Of a stretch of 64,000 nucleotides of DNA, positions 15,244-25,774 are shown in pieces. The position numbers were made by a program, and so were the translations under genes. This DNA comes from Candidatus Eiseniibacteriota bacterium (GTDB taxonomy: Bacteria > Eisenbacteria > RBG-16-71-46), in NCBI GenBank assembly GCA_041483195.1, contig JBGPFC010000004.1, positions 32,001 through 96,000 on the forward strand, read 5' to 3'. Below the pieces are notes generated by a model, which had not been told where the DNA came from, did not search any database, and worked only from the letters and a program-made list of their open reading frames with translations. Within the stretch, counting starts at the first letter, position 1; the number at the start of each line of letters is the position of its first letter.

Positions 15244-15966
15244 CTACTGCGCCCAGGCCAGCGTCGCGCCGGTCGCGCGCGCGCCGGCGTCCGCCAGCGC
15301 GTCGAGGCACGCCTCGAGCGTGGCCCCGGTGGTGAGCACGTCGTCCACGATCACGATGGTCCGTCCCTTCAGCGCGCTGGGCCGCCGCGCGCGAAACGCG
15401 CCGGCCACGTTCTCGCGGCGCGCGCGCTGATCGAGCCGCGCCTGCGGGCGCGTGTCGCGCACGCGCTCGAGCGCGCGATCGAGGCGCGGCGCGCCGATGG
15501 CCTCGGCGAGCGCGTCGGCGAGCAGCTCGGCCTGATTGTACCCCCGCTCGCGGCGGCGGGCCGGATGGAGCGGCACCGCGAGAATCAGGTCGGGCTTGAG
15601 CGCGGTCGGGAGCGCGCGCGCGATCTCGGCGCCGAGTCTCGCCGCGAGCCCGAGGCGCGCCTCGTACTTCAGCGCGTGGACCACGCGGGCGGCGCGCTCG
15701 TCGTAGAGCCACGCCGACCACACCGCGTGTCCGGGATGGCGCACGCACCCGGACGGATCGTCGCCGCGCACGAGGCAACGCGCGCAAAGCGGCGTCGCGA
15801 GCCGCGGGATCGCGTCGAGGCACGCGGCGCACAGGAGATCCGCCGGCGGCGCCGGCGCGTCGCATCCGGGGCAGCGCTGCGGAAACGCGAACGCCATGAG
15901 GTCGCGGGCGATCGCGGCGGCGGTCGAGTGCAGGCGCTTCGCCGCGGCGGCGGGGTGCAGGCTCAT
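15244..15966 (-). CDS. comF: ComF family phosphoribosyltransferase
   Basis: Zn-finger CxxC motifs, VPLHPARRRERGYNQA, IVDDVLTTGATL. Confidence 0.93.
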   Translation of the reverse strand: MSLHPAAAAKRLHSTAAAIARDLMAFAFPQRCPGCDAPAPPADLLCAACLDAIPRLATPLCARCLVRGDDPSGCVRHPGHAVWSAWLYDERAARVVHALKYEARLGLAARLGAEIARALPTALKPDLILAVPLHPARRRERGYNQAELLADALAEAIGAPRLDRALERVRDTRPQARLDQRARRENVAGAFRARRPSALKGRTIVIVDDVLTTGATLEACLDALADAGARATGATLAWAQ

Positions 15967-16760
15967 CGCGGCCACCCCACCGCGCGCGCGAGCGGATCGA
16001 GCGGCACCTCGCGCCCGGTCCAGAGCGCGAGCGAGCGGCGCGCCTGATGGACCAGCAACCCGAGCCCGTCCCACGCTGCGAACCCGCGCGCGCGCGCGGC
16101 GCGCACCCAGGGCGTGATCGCCTCGCGGTAGGTGAGATCGATGACGAGCGTGGAGGGCGCGAGTGCAGCGGGATCGACCGGCCCGGTCTCGCCCGCGTCG
16201 GGCGCGGCGTTCACCACCGCCGTCGCCTCGCGAATCTCGTGCGCCTCGTCGCCGCGGCGGACGATGCGGGCGCCGGCGATCGCGCGCCATGCCGCTTCCG
16301 CACGCGACGGGTCGCGCGTGGCCATCGTGAGGCTCGCGCAGCCCGAGGCGATCAGCGCGAGCGCGAGGCTGCGCGCCGCGCCGCCCGCGCCGAACATCAC
16401 GACGCGCTCGCGCGCGGGATCGCGTCCGAGATCGGCGAGCCAGTCCACGAAGCCCGCGCCGTCGGTGGTGTCGCCCCACGCGCCCTCCGGCGCGAATCCC
16501 ACGGTGTTGACCGAGCGCGCGCGCCGCGCGGCGTCCGAGACCCGCGCCAGATGATCGAGCGCGGCTTCCTTGAGCGGGTGAGTCAGGTTCACGCCGGTGT
16601 ACCCCTCGGCCGCGAGAGCCGCGAGCCGCGCGCCCAGCTCGCTCGCGGGGGTGCGGATCGCGCGCGACTCGCACGCGATCCCGAGCGCCGCGAGGCCGGC
16701 GCGATGCAGGTCGGGCGAGCGGGTGTAGGGCAGCGGATCGCCCAGCACGGCGAGCTTCAC
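15963..16760 (-). CDS. aroE: shikimate dehydrogenase
   Basis: LGDPLPYTRSP, GVNLTHPLKE, SVNTV, GAGGAAR, DGLGLLVHQA. Confidence 0.92.
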   Translation of the reverse strand: MKLAVLGDPLPYTRSPDLHRAGLAALGIACESRAIRTPASELGARLAALAAEGYTGVNLTHPLKEAALDHLARVSDAARRARSVNTVGFAPEGAWGDTTDGAGFVDWLADLGRDPARERVVMFGAGGAARSLALALIASGCASLTMATRDPSRAEAAWRAIAGARIVRRGDEAHEIREATAVVNAAPDAGETGPVDPAALAPSTLVIDLTYREAITPWVRAARARGFAAWDGLGLLVHQARRSLALWTGREVPLDPLARAVGWPR

Positions 16761-16770
16761 GCGCCCGACC

Positions 16771-17565
16771 TCACGCCGCGGCGGGCGGGGCCGCCTGGCG
16801 ACGGAGGCGCAGGATCATGAGCGCCCCGAACAGCGCCATCGCGAGGCTGGTGAGCTGGCTCTCGGTGATGGGGACACCGCCGATGTTGACGAGGTCGGTG
16901 CCGGGCTCGTAGGCGCGGGTGAAGTCGAGCGGGATTCGCACCAGCGCGAACAGCAGGATGAACGTCCAGAACAACACCCCGGGCGCGAGCTTGCGCGCCC
17001 GCACCGCCCACAGCACCACGAACAGCACGAGCCCCGCGAGCGCGAAATAGAGTTGCGATGGATGAAGCCGCGCGTTGCCGAACTCGAGTCCCGCGAACGA
17101 ATCCGGGGGAAAGGCGATGCCCCAGGGCAGCGTCGTGGGACGCCCGTAGCAGCATCCGTTCAAGAAGCAGCCGGTGCGCCCGAACACGGTGCCGAGCGCG
17201 ATCGAGGGGGTGAGCGCGTCGGCCACGGTCCACATCGGGAGCTTGAACCGGCGCGCGGCGAGCAGGCCCGCGAACGTGCCGGCGACCAGCCCGCCGTAGA
17301 GCGTGAGCCCGCCCTGCCAGAGCGCGAGCGCGCTCCCCCACTCGCGGCGGAACTCCGGGACATGCTCGAGCACGTAGAGCGCGCGCGCGCCGAGCACGCC
17401 CGACACCAGCGCGACCAGGATCACGCTCACCAGCCGGTCCTCGTCGAGCTGCAGGCGGCGCGCCTCGCGCAGCGCGAGCCAGGTGCCGAACAGGAACGCG
17501 ATCGCCAGCATCAGCCCGTAGGAGCGGATGTGGAGGAAGCCCCAGTGGAAGAGTTCGGGATACAC
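16771..17565 (-). CDS. lgt: prolipoprotein diacylglyceryl transferase
   Basis: IRSYGLM, LGARALYV, WQGGLTLYGG, GRTGCFLNGCCYG, HPSQLY. Confidence 0.95.
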   Translation of the reverse strand: MYPELFHWGFLHIRSYGLMLAIAFLFGTWLALREARRLQLDEDRLVSVILVALVSGVLGARALYVLEHVPEFRREWGSALALWQGGLTLYGGLVAGTFAGLLAARRFKLPMWTVADALTPSIALGTVFGRTGCFLNGCCYGRPTTLPWGIAFPPDSFAGLEFGNARLHPSQLYFALAGLVLFVVLWAVRARKLAPGVLFWTFILLFALVRIPLDFTRAYEPGTDLVNIGGVPITESQLTSLAMALFGALMILRLRRQAAPPAAA

Positions 17566-18816
17566 TCAGAGTTCCCGGCGCCGCAGCGCCACGTTTTGAA
17601 GCATGCCGATCTGCACGCCGCCGGCGAGCAGGGCGGTGCCTCCGTACGAGATCAGCGGGAGCGGGAGTCCGGTCACCGGCGCCCACCCCACGGTCATCAG
17701 CATGTTCACCATGATGTGATAGAAGAGCCCGGTCACGAGCCCCACCGCCATCAGGCTCGCGAATCCGTTGCGGCAGGCGACGGCCAGCCGGTACCCGCGC
17801 AGGATGATGACGACGTACAGTAGCACCAGCGTCAACGACCCGACGAGGCCCAGCTCCTCGCCCACCACCGAGTAGATGAAGTCGGTGTGGCGCATCGGCA
17901 GGAACGCGAGCGCCTTCTGCGAGCCCTTGAGGTAGCCCTTGCCCGCGATCCCGCCGGAGCCGATCGCGATCTTGGACTGGATGATCTGGTAGCCCGCGCC
18001 GTACGGATCGTCTCCCGGGTTGAGGAAGGTCTCGATGCGCCGCTTCTGGTAATCGTGGAGATGGTCCCAGAGATGCGGCACGGCGTACGCGACGACGCCG
18101 TTCAAGGCGACCACCGCGATCAGCGGCATGAGCCGCGGTCGGACCACGCCGAGCAGCACCGCGAACAGCCCGGTGAACCACCACAGCGAGCCGGTCACGA
18201 AGAACAGCGCGACGTTGAACACCGGCGAGAGCCCGAGCAGCATCGCGCCCGGCGAGAGCCCCGCCCAGAAATACATCGCGACCAGGATCGCGGGAAACGC
18301 GAGCGAGGTTCCCAGGTCGGGCTCCTTCGCGACCAGCGCCAGCGGCAGCAGCACGATTCCGAGCGGCGGCAGCCAGAAGCGTAAGCGACGCAGGTCGAGC
18401 TGGGGATTGTCGAAGAAGCGCGCGAGCACCAGCACGCTCGCGATCTTGGCCAGCTCCGATGGCTGGAAGCGCACCGGGCCCAGGTCGAGCCAGCGCTTCG
18501 CGCCCATCGCGCTGCTGCCCATGAACAGCACCGCGGCCAGCATCAGCAGCGAGACCCCGTAGGCGGGCCACGCCAGCGTGTCGTACACGCGGTAGGGAAT
18601 CGCGGCCGCGATCCAGGCGGCGACGAACGCGATCATCGCCCACTGGAGCTGCTTCGCCCACAGGCCGTGATGGGCGCCCGGCATCGAGGTCGCGCTGTAC
18701 ACGGTCGCGAGGCCGAACGCGACCAGCGCCAGCGCTGCGATCGCGAGCGGCACGTCGATCGACGGCATGCGAAGCCGCGGCAGCATCGACAGGCGCGGCC
18801 AGCCGCTAGTCGCCAC
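17566..18816 (-). CDS. rodA: rod shape-determining protein RodA
   Basis: GAKRWL, FQPSELAK, EPDLGT, GYQIIQSKIAIGSGG, HTDFIYSVVGEE, GLPLPLISYGG. Confidence 0.96.
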   Translation of the reverse strand: MATSGWPRLSMLPRLRMPSIDVPLAIAALALVAFGLATVYSATSMPGAHHGLWAKQLQWAMIAFVAAWIAAAIPYRVYDTLAWPAYGVSLLMLAAVLFMGSSAMGAKRWLDLGPVRFQPSELAKIASVLVLARFFDNPQLDLRRLRFWLPPLGIVLLPLALVAKEPDLGTSLAFPAILVAMYFWAGLSPGAMLLGLSPVFNVALFFVTGSLWWFTGLFAVLLGVVRPRLMPLIAVVALNGVVAYAVPHLWDHLHDYQKRRIETFLNPGDDPYGAGYQIIQSKIAIGSGGIAGKGYLKGSQKALAFLPMRHTDFIYSVVGEELGLVGSLTLVLLYVVIILRGYRLAVACRNGFASLMAVGLVTGLFYHIMVNMLMTVGWAPVTGLPLPLISYGGTALLAGGVQIGMLQNVALRRREL

Positions 18817-20662
18817 GTTCGACCTCCGAGGTGTCCGCTGCGATCCGCGGCGCGAGGATCCTGGTTTGCAGCGTGTCCGGCAGGAATATCCGCGCGAGCA
18901 CCTGGCGCGCGATCGGGGCGGCGATGCTGCCGCCGTGGCCGCTGTTCTCGACCACGAACGCCATCGCGATGGTGGGCGCTTCGGCCGGCGCGTAGCACAC
19001 GAACAGCGCGTGATCCTTGCCGTGCGGATTCTGCGCGGTGCCGGTCTTGCCAGCCACCCGCAGGCCGGGAACCCTGGCCGCGGTTCCGGTGCCGGAGTCG
19101 ATGACGCGCTCGAGCGCGGTGTGCAGCGTGTTCCACACCCCGGCCTCCGCCGGGACGCCGCTGCGGATCGATCGCTCCGGGCGGAAGCCGGGCTCGCCCC
19201 GCACCCGCATGACCACGTGCGGGCGCAGCGACCGCCCGCCGTTGCCGGCCTCGGCCGCGAGCAGCGCGAGCTGGAGCGGCGTGAGCAGCAGCTCGCCCTG
19301 GCCGATCGCGAGGTTCAGGAGCAATCCCTGCCTCCAGTGCCCCGCGCCCCAGCGCCGGTCGTACCAAGCCACGCTCGGAATCAGGCCGCGTCGCTCCTCC
19401 GGAAGATCGATGCCGGTCCGATCCCCGAGGCCGAAATCACGAGCGGCGGCCTCGAGCCGCGGCAGGCCGAGGCGCGGACCGAGCTGATAGAAGTACACGT
19501 CGCACGATTGCTGCATCGCCTCGATGAAATTCAAGGAGCCGTGTCCGTTCTTGTTCCAGCAGCCGAAGCTGCGGCCGCCAAATGTGTAGTAGCCGCCGCA
19601 GGGCTGGAGCCTCGTCTCGGGCCCCGCGATACCGGCGCGTAGCGCAGCGAACATGGTGACGATCTTGAAGGTGGAGCCGGGCGGGTACATGCCCTGAATC
19701 GCGCGATCCAGCAGCGGATTCGATCCGCCGCTCGACAGCTCGCGCCAGCGGTCCACCGAGAGCCCGTGCGAGAATTCGTTGGGATCATAGGCGGGCCGGC
19801 TCACCAGCGCGAGGATCGAGCCGTCGCGCGGATCGATCGCGATGCCCGCGCCCCGCTCGACCTTCGCCATCGCCTCCTCCATCGCGCGCTGCACGTTGAG
19901 GTCGATGGTGAGCACCAGGTCGTGCCCGTTGACCGGGGGCCGAGGCGGCTCCTCGCTCAGCGTCGAGACCCGCTTCCCCATCGCGTTCACGACCACGAAC
20001 TCGGCGCCGTCGTGCCCCCGCAGGAACTCCTCGTAGCGACCCTCGATCCCGCTGCGTCCGATCAGGTCGCCCGACTGATATCCGGCCACCGCGAGCGAGT
20101 CCACCTCGACGTCGTTCACCTCGCCCGCGTAGCCGAGCAGATGCGCGGCGAGCATGCCGTGCGGATAGCGGCGCAGCGGCTCGATCTGCACCTCGAGCCC
20201 CGGCAGCTCTGCGCGCGACTCCTCGACGGCGGCCAGCACCTTGAACGTCGCGTCGCGCCGCAGCAGCGCGCTGTGCCCGCTCCGATTCGCGAGCGTGATC
20301 TGGCGCTGCACCTCGGCGCTGTCGGTCCCGACCAGCGATGCGACGTGCGCGACCCACGAGCCGCCCAACGTGACCTGCGCGAGGCGGGTGCTCTCAGCGG
20401 GGAACGGGCGGAACACGATGCTGAAGCTGGGCGCGCTGTCGGCGAGCAGCTGGCCGTTGCGGTCGTAGATCGCGCCGCGCGGCGCGCGCAGGACCTCGAG
20501 CCGTACCCGGTTCTCCTTCGAGAGCTCGATGTACTTCTCGTGATCGACGACCTGGAGCCGCAGCAGCGCGACCGCCACCAGTCCGAAGCCGAGCGCCACC
20601 AGCCCGGCCAGGAACGCGTAACGCGACTCCTTAAGCTGCCGAATCCGGGGAGAAGGAAGCAT
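18806..20662 (-). CDS. mrdA: penicillin-binding protein 2
   Basis: APRGAIYDRNG, YPPGSTFK (SxxK), SCDVYFY, AGKTGTAQ. Confidence 0.96.
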   Translation of the reverse strand: MLPSPRIRQLKESRYAFLAGLVALGFGLVAVALLRLQVVDHEKYIELSKENRVRLEVLRAPRGAIYDRNGQLLADSAPSFSIVFRPFPAESTRLAQVTLGGSWVAHVASLVGTDSAEVQRQITLANRSGHSALLRRDATFKVLAAVEESRAELPGLEVQIEPLRRYPHGMLAAHLLGYAGEVNDVEVDSLAVAGYQSGDLIGRSGIEGRYEEFLRGHDGAEFVVVNAMGKRVSTLSEEPPRPPVNGHDLVLTIDLNVQRAMEEAMAKVERGAGIAIDPRDGSILALVSRPAYDPNEFSHGLSVDRWRELSSGGSNPLLDRAIQGMYPPGSTFKIVTMFAALRAGIAGPETRLQPCGGYYTFGGRSFGCWNKNGHGSLNFIEAMQQSCDVYFYQLGPRLGLPRLEAAARDFGLGDRTGIDLPEERRGLIPSVAWYDRRWGAGHWRQGLLLNLAIGQGELLLTPLQLALLAAEAGNGGRSLRPHVVMRVRGEPGFRPERSIRSGVPAEAGVWNTLHTALERVIDSGTGTAARVPGLRVAGKTGTAQNPHGKDHALFVCYAPAEAPTIAMAFVVENSGHGGSIAAPIARQVLARIFLPDTLQTRILAPRIAADTSEVERGD

Positions 20663-21143
20663 GACCGAAGAGAGGGCGTCCGGTGGCGCGCCGCATCAGC
20701 GCGAGGAGCAGCGTTCCCACCGGCGCGGTCGCGACGGCCGCCAGGATCAGGCGCTGCAGCAGGAAGGGCCAGCCCGCGAGGCCCGAGAGCTCGAACGCGA
20801 CGCTCCACGCCTGGTGAACGAGCGTCGCGATCAGCAGCAGCCCGCATTGCGTGCTGGCGCGATCGCGCACCAGCGTGTGGCCGAGCCGGCCGACGCCGTA
20901 GCCGAGCAGCGCGAGGATCAGTGCGTGCCGCCCCAGCCAGTGCGCGGCGTCGAGATCGGCCGCGAGCCCCACCAGGAATCCGAACGATGCGCCCCAGCTC
21001 TCGCCGTGGCGCAGCGCCCAGACCACGGTCGCGAAGGCGAGCACGTCGAGCACGATGCCGCGCGCCGCGAGCGCGCTGAGCGCGGTCGATCGCATGAGCA
21101 GGGCCACCAGGATCAGCCCGATCATGGCGGAGATCCCCCTCAC
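20631..21143 (-). CDS. mreD: rod shape-determining protein MreD
   Basis: Hydrophobic protein between mreC and mrdA with GFLVGLAADL. GTG start overlaps the mreC stop. Confidence 0.85.
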   Translation of the reverse strand: MRGISAMIGLILVALLMRSTALSALAARGIVLDVLAFATVVWALRHGESWGASFGFLVGLAADLDAAHWLGRHALILALLGYGVGRLGHTLVRDRASTQCGLLLIATLVHQAWSVAFELSGLAGWPFLLQRLILAAVATAPVGTLLLALMRRATGRPLFGHASFSPDSAA

Positions 21144-21949
21144 GGCCGTGCCTCGGGCGGCGCGGGGTGCGAGAGCACGTACGCGTGGCGCAGGCGCGAG
21201 AGCCGGACCGCGGGGCTCACCTCGATGTCGAGCATCAGCCCGCTCGCATCGGGCGTGACGCGGGCGACGCGGCCCACCAGCAGCCCGCGCGGATAATGTT
21301 GAGAGAGCCCGGAGGTCAGCACGCTCTCCCCCGCCCGCACCGTGTCGGTGAGCGGCACGTTGGTCAGCACCAGGCGCGGATGGGGCAGTAGCGTGAAGCG
21401 CAGCACGCCCAGCACCCCGGTGCTCTCGACCTCGCACGCCACCGCGGAGTTGGGATCGGTGAGCAGCACCACGCGGCTCATCCCGCCGTAGCTCTCGCCG
21501 ATCCGGCCCAGCAATCCGTCGCCGGTGACCACCGCGTCGCCCGGGGTCACGCCCTGATGCCGGCCGCCGCTCACGGTGGCGGCGGCGGGAATGGCCTCGC
21601 CGGAGAGCGCGAGCACCTCGACCGGCTTGGGCGCGAAGCCGCGCACCGCGGGAAGGCCGAGATCTTTTCGCAGCCGCTGGTTCTCGAAGCCGTCGAGGCG
21701 CAGGCGCTCGTTCTCGAGCGACAGCTCTGCGATGCGCTGATGCAGGCGCTGGTTCTCGCGCCAGGCGGCCGCCATGCGGTCGACCGAGAGCACGACCCGG
21801 TCGAGCGGGGCGAAGCAGAACGCGCCGATGCCGCGGAGCGATGCGGTCGGGATGCGCTCGCCGGTGAGCAGCAGCAGGAGCGAGAGCACCGCGTAGATTC
21901 CCAGCAGCGCTCCGCTGCGACGCTCGGCCGGGGGGAGGAAGCCTCCCAT
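21140..21949 (-). CDS. mreC: rod shape-determining protein MreC
   Basis: TM helix + coiled coil (ENQRL), GLLGRI, VLTSGLSQHYPRGLLVGRV. Confidence 0.92.
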   Translation of the reverse strand: MGGFLPPAERRSGALLGIYAVLSLLLLLTGERIPTASLRGIGAFCFAPLDRVVLSVDRMAAAWRENQRLHQRIAELSLENERLRLDGFENQRLRKDLGLPAVRGFAPKPVEVLALSGEAIPAAATVSGGRHQGVTPGDAVVTGDGLLGRIGESYGGMSRVVLLTDPNSAVACEVESTGVLGVLRFTLLPHPRLVLTNVPLTDTVRAGESVLTSGLSQHYPRGLLVGRVARVTPDASGLMLDIEVSPAVRLSRLRHAYVLSHPAPPEARP

Positions 21950-21953
21950 CGCG

Positions 21954-22991
21954 TCAATCCTTGTGGCCGCTGAGGAGCACCTTCTCGTAGATCTCGAGGT
22001 TCTCGAGGATCTTTCCGGCACCGAGGACCACGCAGGTCAGCGGGTCCTGCGCGACGCGAATGTTGAGGTTCGTGACCTCGCGCATGAGCAGGTCGAGCCC
22101 GCGCAGCAGGGCCCCGCCTCCGGTCATGAAGATGCCGCGGTCCACGATGTCGGCGGCGAGCTCGGGGGGCGTGCGCTCGAGGCACTCGCGCAGCGCGTTG
22201 ACGATGGCGCCCACCGGCTCCTGGAGCGCCTCGCGGATCTCGACGCTCGAGACCCGCAGCGTGCGCGGGATGCCGCGCACCAGATCGCGCCCCTTGATCT
22301 CCATGTCCATCTCTTCGGGAAGCGGGAACGCGGAGCCGATCTCGATCTTGATCCGCTCCGCGGTCTGCTCGCCGATCAGCATGTTGTACGCCTTCTTCGC
22401 GTACGTCATGATCGCCTCGTCCATCTCGTCGCCCCCGACGCGGATCGAGGTGCGGGTGACGATGCCGTTGAGCGCGATCACCGCGATCTCGGTGGTGCCG
22501 CCCCCGATGTCCACCACCATGTTCCCGGTCGGGGTGTCGACCGGCAGCCCCACGCCGATGGCGGCCGCGATCGGCTCCGGCACCAGCTTCACGTCGCGGG
22601 CGCCGGCGCGCTCTGCCGAGTCCTGCACGGCGCGCTTCTCGACGGCGGTGATTCCGGAGGGGACGCAGATGACGATGCGGGGCCGGACGTTGAACTTGTG
22701 CTTGTGCACGCGATGCACGAACTCGCGCAGCAAGGCCTCGGTCAGCTCGAAGTCGGCGATCACGCCGTCCTTGAGCGGGCGCACGGCATTGATCTCGTCG
22801 GGAGTGCGGCCCAGCATGAGCTTGGCCTCGGTCCCGACCGCGAGGACCCGGCCGCTGGCCTTGTCGACGGCCACCACCGATGGCTCGTTGAGGACGATGC
22901 CCCGCCCCTTCACGAACACCAGGGTGTTGGCGGTGCCGAGGTCCATGGCGACGTCCGTGGAGAAGAAGCCCATCAGGTTATCGAGAAACAT
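21954..22991 (-). CDS. mreB: rod shape-determining protein MreB
   Basis: MDLGTANT, EPSVVA, PLKDGVIADF, VDIGGGTTE, TGGGALL. Confidence 0.98.
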   Translation of the reverse strand: MFLDNLMGFFSTDVAMDLGTANTLVFVKGRGIVLNEPSVVAVDKASGRVLAVGTEAKLMLGRTPDEINAVRPLKDGVIADFELTEALLREFVHRVHKHKFNVRPRIVICVPSGITAVEKRAVQDSAERAGARDVKLVPEPIAAAIGVGLPVDTPTGNMVVDIGGGTTEIAVIALNGIVTRTSIRVGGDEMDEAIMTYAKKAYNMLIGEQTAERIKIEIGSAFPLPEEMDMEIKGRDLVRGIPRTLRVSSVEIREALQEPVGAIVNALRECLERTPPELAADIVDRGIFMTGGGALLRGLDLLMREVTNLNIRVAQDPLTCVVLGAGKILENLEIYEKVLLSGHKD

Positions 22992-23608
22992 CCTTGCCTC
23001 TCTCAAGGCCGGCTGATGAGCCGACTGTCACCGCGCTTTACGACGGGATGGGAGGAGGACTGCGGCGTGAAGCCATCGAGGTGCATACCCCACAAGTGTC
23101 GGCACGCTAGCACCTGAAACTTGAGTGCCGCAAGGCGATTGTCCCCCCCGCCGGCCCGGACGCTGGGGGCCCGCCGCGGCGGCGCGCGCCCCAGAACGCG
23201 CCCAGCGCGCCTGGGTCTGATCTCGCGCGGGCTCCGGATCGTTGGAATTGGCGACGTTTTTCCTCCGCGAAATGTCGGGGCGCGCCCGGCGCGGGGCCCT
23301 CCAACACGCCCCGGCGCGGGGGATCTTCCGCGCGGGCGGACGGTTAGGCATCCGGGGGCGCTGGCGCGCGCGGCTGGTCCGCTCCTTGCGGAACCCCCGT
23401 TGTGACGCCGCGGGTCCGTGCCCGCGGCATTCCATGCGCGCTCCTCCCGATGGCTCTCCGAGCGCGCGGTGCCGGCCCCTTCGGGGGCCGGCGCTCAATG
23501 ACGCACCGCCGAACGGAATGCGCGTCGCGTGGTGCGAAGCGCGCGTTGACCCTCGTTCCTCGCGGATGCTACGCTCGTTACCGTGAACGCGCAGCATCGC
23601 GCTACCGC

Positions 23609-25774
23609 ATGACCCGGCCTGCCCGGCTCCTTTTTCTCCTTGTCCCGCTTGTGCTTGGGCTCGTGTTCCTCTACCTGCCCGGTCGCGCGCAGCAGGCCCC
23701 GGCGGGGCGTTTTGCGTTCTCCGACACCACGCTCCTGCGCGACACGCTCGGCCTGAAATTCGATCGCCTGTTTCCGCTCGCCGACAGCCTGAGCCTCACG
23801 CCCGACACGCTGCGCGCGCTCTCGATCCGCTACCGCTTCACGCTCGCCCGCCTCGTGCATCTCGCCGACAGCCTCGGCATGCCGGTCGACAGCGTCGGCG
23901 AGACCATGCGGCGCGAGAGCTTCAATCCGCTCGCGAAGTCCGCGCGCACGCGGAACTCTTTCGAATACCGGAGCAGCTACGACGTGCAGCAGCAGACCTC
24001 GGACTGGAGCAACACCTCGAGCTTCAACCGGGACATCGGCTCGATCTACCTCACCAACGCCACGACCATCGCGATGCACCGTTACTACGCGGGCGGGCGC
24101 ACCAGCCTGCAGCAGTCGCGGTCCTCCGACACCAAGGCCGGCTGGACGTTCTCTCCCAACATGTCCGCGGGCGGCAGCGCGACCCTGACCCGCTACGACG
24201 CGCTCGATCCGCTGTCGGTCAACAACGAGGTCGAGACCAAGAACGACTTCGGGCTCGCGATGAACAGCCGGCAGCGCCCGAACAAGTCGATCAATTCCGA
24301 GGCGAACCTGCTGGCCGGCCTGCTCGATCTGACCAACAGCACCATCGTCAAGCGCGGGTTCTCCGGTAATTTCAACGGCCGGATGCGCTATCACCCCGGA
24401 GGGTGGCTCACGAACGACGCGTCGGTCCAGGTCGACGGCAACCTCGCCCGCTCGCGCCTTCCGGCCCGGATCCAGCAACTCAGCACCAACGACGTGAACA
24501 GCAACGTGCACGGCACGCTCGGGGTGCTCCCGAACGGCCCGGCGAACCTCAACGTCAACTATGGGCTGCGGAACTCGCGGGTCGAGACGCTGAGCGACAC
24601 CGGCAGCGTTCAGCAGGTGCGCACCAACAACAACAGCGTCAATTCCGCGCTCCGGCTGCACCAGGGCACCGAGCGCTCGATCATCTTTACGCACCGGCTC
24701 GGCAACACCCGCCAGGCCACCGCGACCGCGATCAACAATCAGAGCACGCGCGACGACAACGGCATCGCGATCAACGGGCGCTACGGGTGGCAGGACTGGA
24801 CGCTGGAGAGCAACTTCGGCCGCGCCCGGGCCACCTCGAAGTACCCGCGCCGCTCGGCCTCCGGCGGGTACGGCGAGCGGCAGGATCTGCGCTCGATCGA
24901 CGCGACGCTGAGCTGGAGCATGTCCCGCCGCATGGTGGCGAAGCTCAGCGGCAACGCAGGGCTCACCAAGCTCCGCTACTTCATCATCGGGACCTATCTC
25001 GCGCCCCCGGTCCCGCGCGATCAGTACACGCAGCTCTATCTCGTCGAATGGCGGTTCACCCAGTCCGATCGCATCAACACCACGCTCCGCATGGACGTGG
25101 GCCGAACGCTCTTCATCAACATCCCCGAGAAGAGCACCTCGGCGAACACCGAGAATCGCAGCTACCACGCGGAGTGGGACTGGAGCGATCGCCTGCTGCC
25201 GGGGCTCACCGCCACGCAACGCAACCAGCTGACCGCCGACTACACGTACTACACGTTCCTGCCCGTGAACAACGACCGGCTCGCGCTCGACTACAACACC
25301 TCCACGACGCTCAACGCGGTGATCACCCCGCGCCTGAGCTTCGACATGACGCATTCGGTGCGGTTCCAGCCGAGCGGCAACTATGCGCCGCTCGATGCGC
25401 CGCTCGACGACGGCCTCGTGTACTTCAAGCGCGCCGACGAGAATCGCCAGGCCTCGCTCACGGCGACGCTCACCTACCGGCCCTCGCAGTTGCTGTCGCT
25501 CACCGTCAATCCCAGCTATCTGGCCTCCGATCGCAGGTCGACATCGGGCGGACAGGTCGTGCCGCAGCGCAGCTCGCGGACGCTTCGTTTCTCGGGCGGC
25601 GCGTTCCTGAATTTCCCGGTCGGCGCCTGGGGGCAGCTCTCGGGCCAGATCAATCGTCAGTTCAACGCCGACCGCACCACCAACTTCACAGCGGGGGTTC
25701 CGCGGCTCACCCCCGCTTCGGAGACCGACTACTGGTCGGGGCACCTGGAGTTCTCATGGCAACCCACTCACTGA
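23609..25774 (+). CDS. hypothetical secreted protein, probable large outer-membrane beta-barrel
   Basis: Signal peptide; Asn/Ser/Thr-rich alternating strands; C-terminal YWSGHLEFSW strand. Confidence 0.7.
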   Translation: MTRPARLLFLLVPLVLGLVFLYLPGRAQQAPAGRFAFSDTTLLRDTLGLKFDRLFPLADSLSLTPDTLRALSIRYRFTLARLVHLADSLGMPVDSVGETMRRESFNPLAKSARTRNSFEYRSSYDVQQQTSDWSNTSSFNRDIGSIYLTNATTIAMHRYYAGGRTSLQQSRSSDTKAGWTFSPNMSAGGSATLTRYDALDPLSVNNEVETKNDFGLAMNSRQRPNKSINSEANLLAGLLDLTNSTIVKRGFSGNFNGRMRYHPGGWLTNDASVQVDGNLARSRLPARIQQLSTNDVNSNVHGTLGVLPNGPANLNVNYGLRNSRVETLSDTGSVQQVRTNNNSVNSALRLHQGTERSIIFTHRLGNTRQATATAINNQSTRDDNGIAINGRYGWQDWTLESNFGRARATSKYPRRSASGGYGERQDLRSIDATLSWSMSRRMVAKLSGNAGLTKLRYFIIGTYLAPPVPRDQYTQLYLVEWRFTQSDRINTTLRMDVGRTLFINIPEKSTSANTENRSYHAEWDWSDRLLPGLTATQRNQLTADYTYYTFLPVNNDRLALDYNTSTTLNAVITPRLSFDMTHSVRFQPSGNYAPLDAPLDDGLVYFKRADENRQASLTATLTYRPSQLLSLTVNPSYLASDRRSTSGGQVVPQRSSRTLRFSGGAFLNFPVGAWGQLSGQINRQFNADRTTNFTAGVPRLTPASETDYWSGHLEFSWQPTH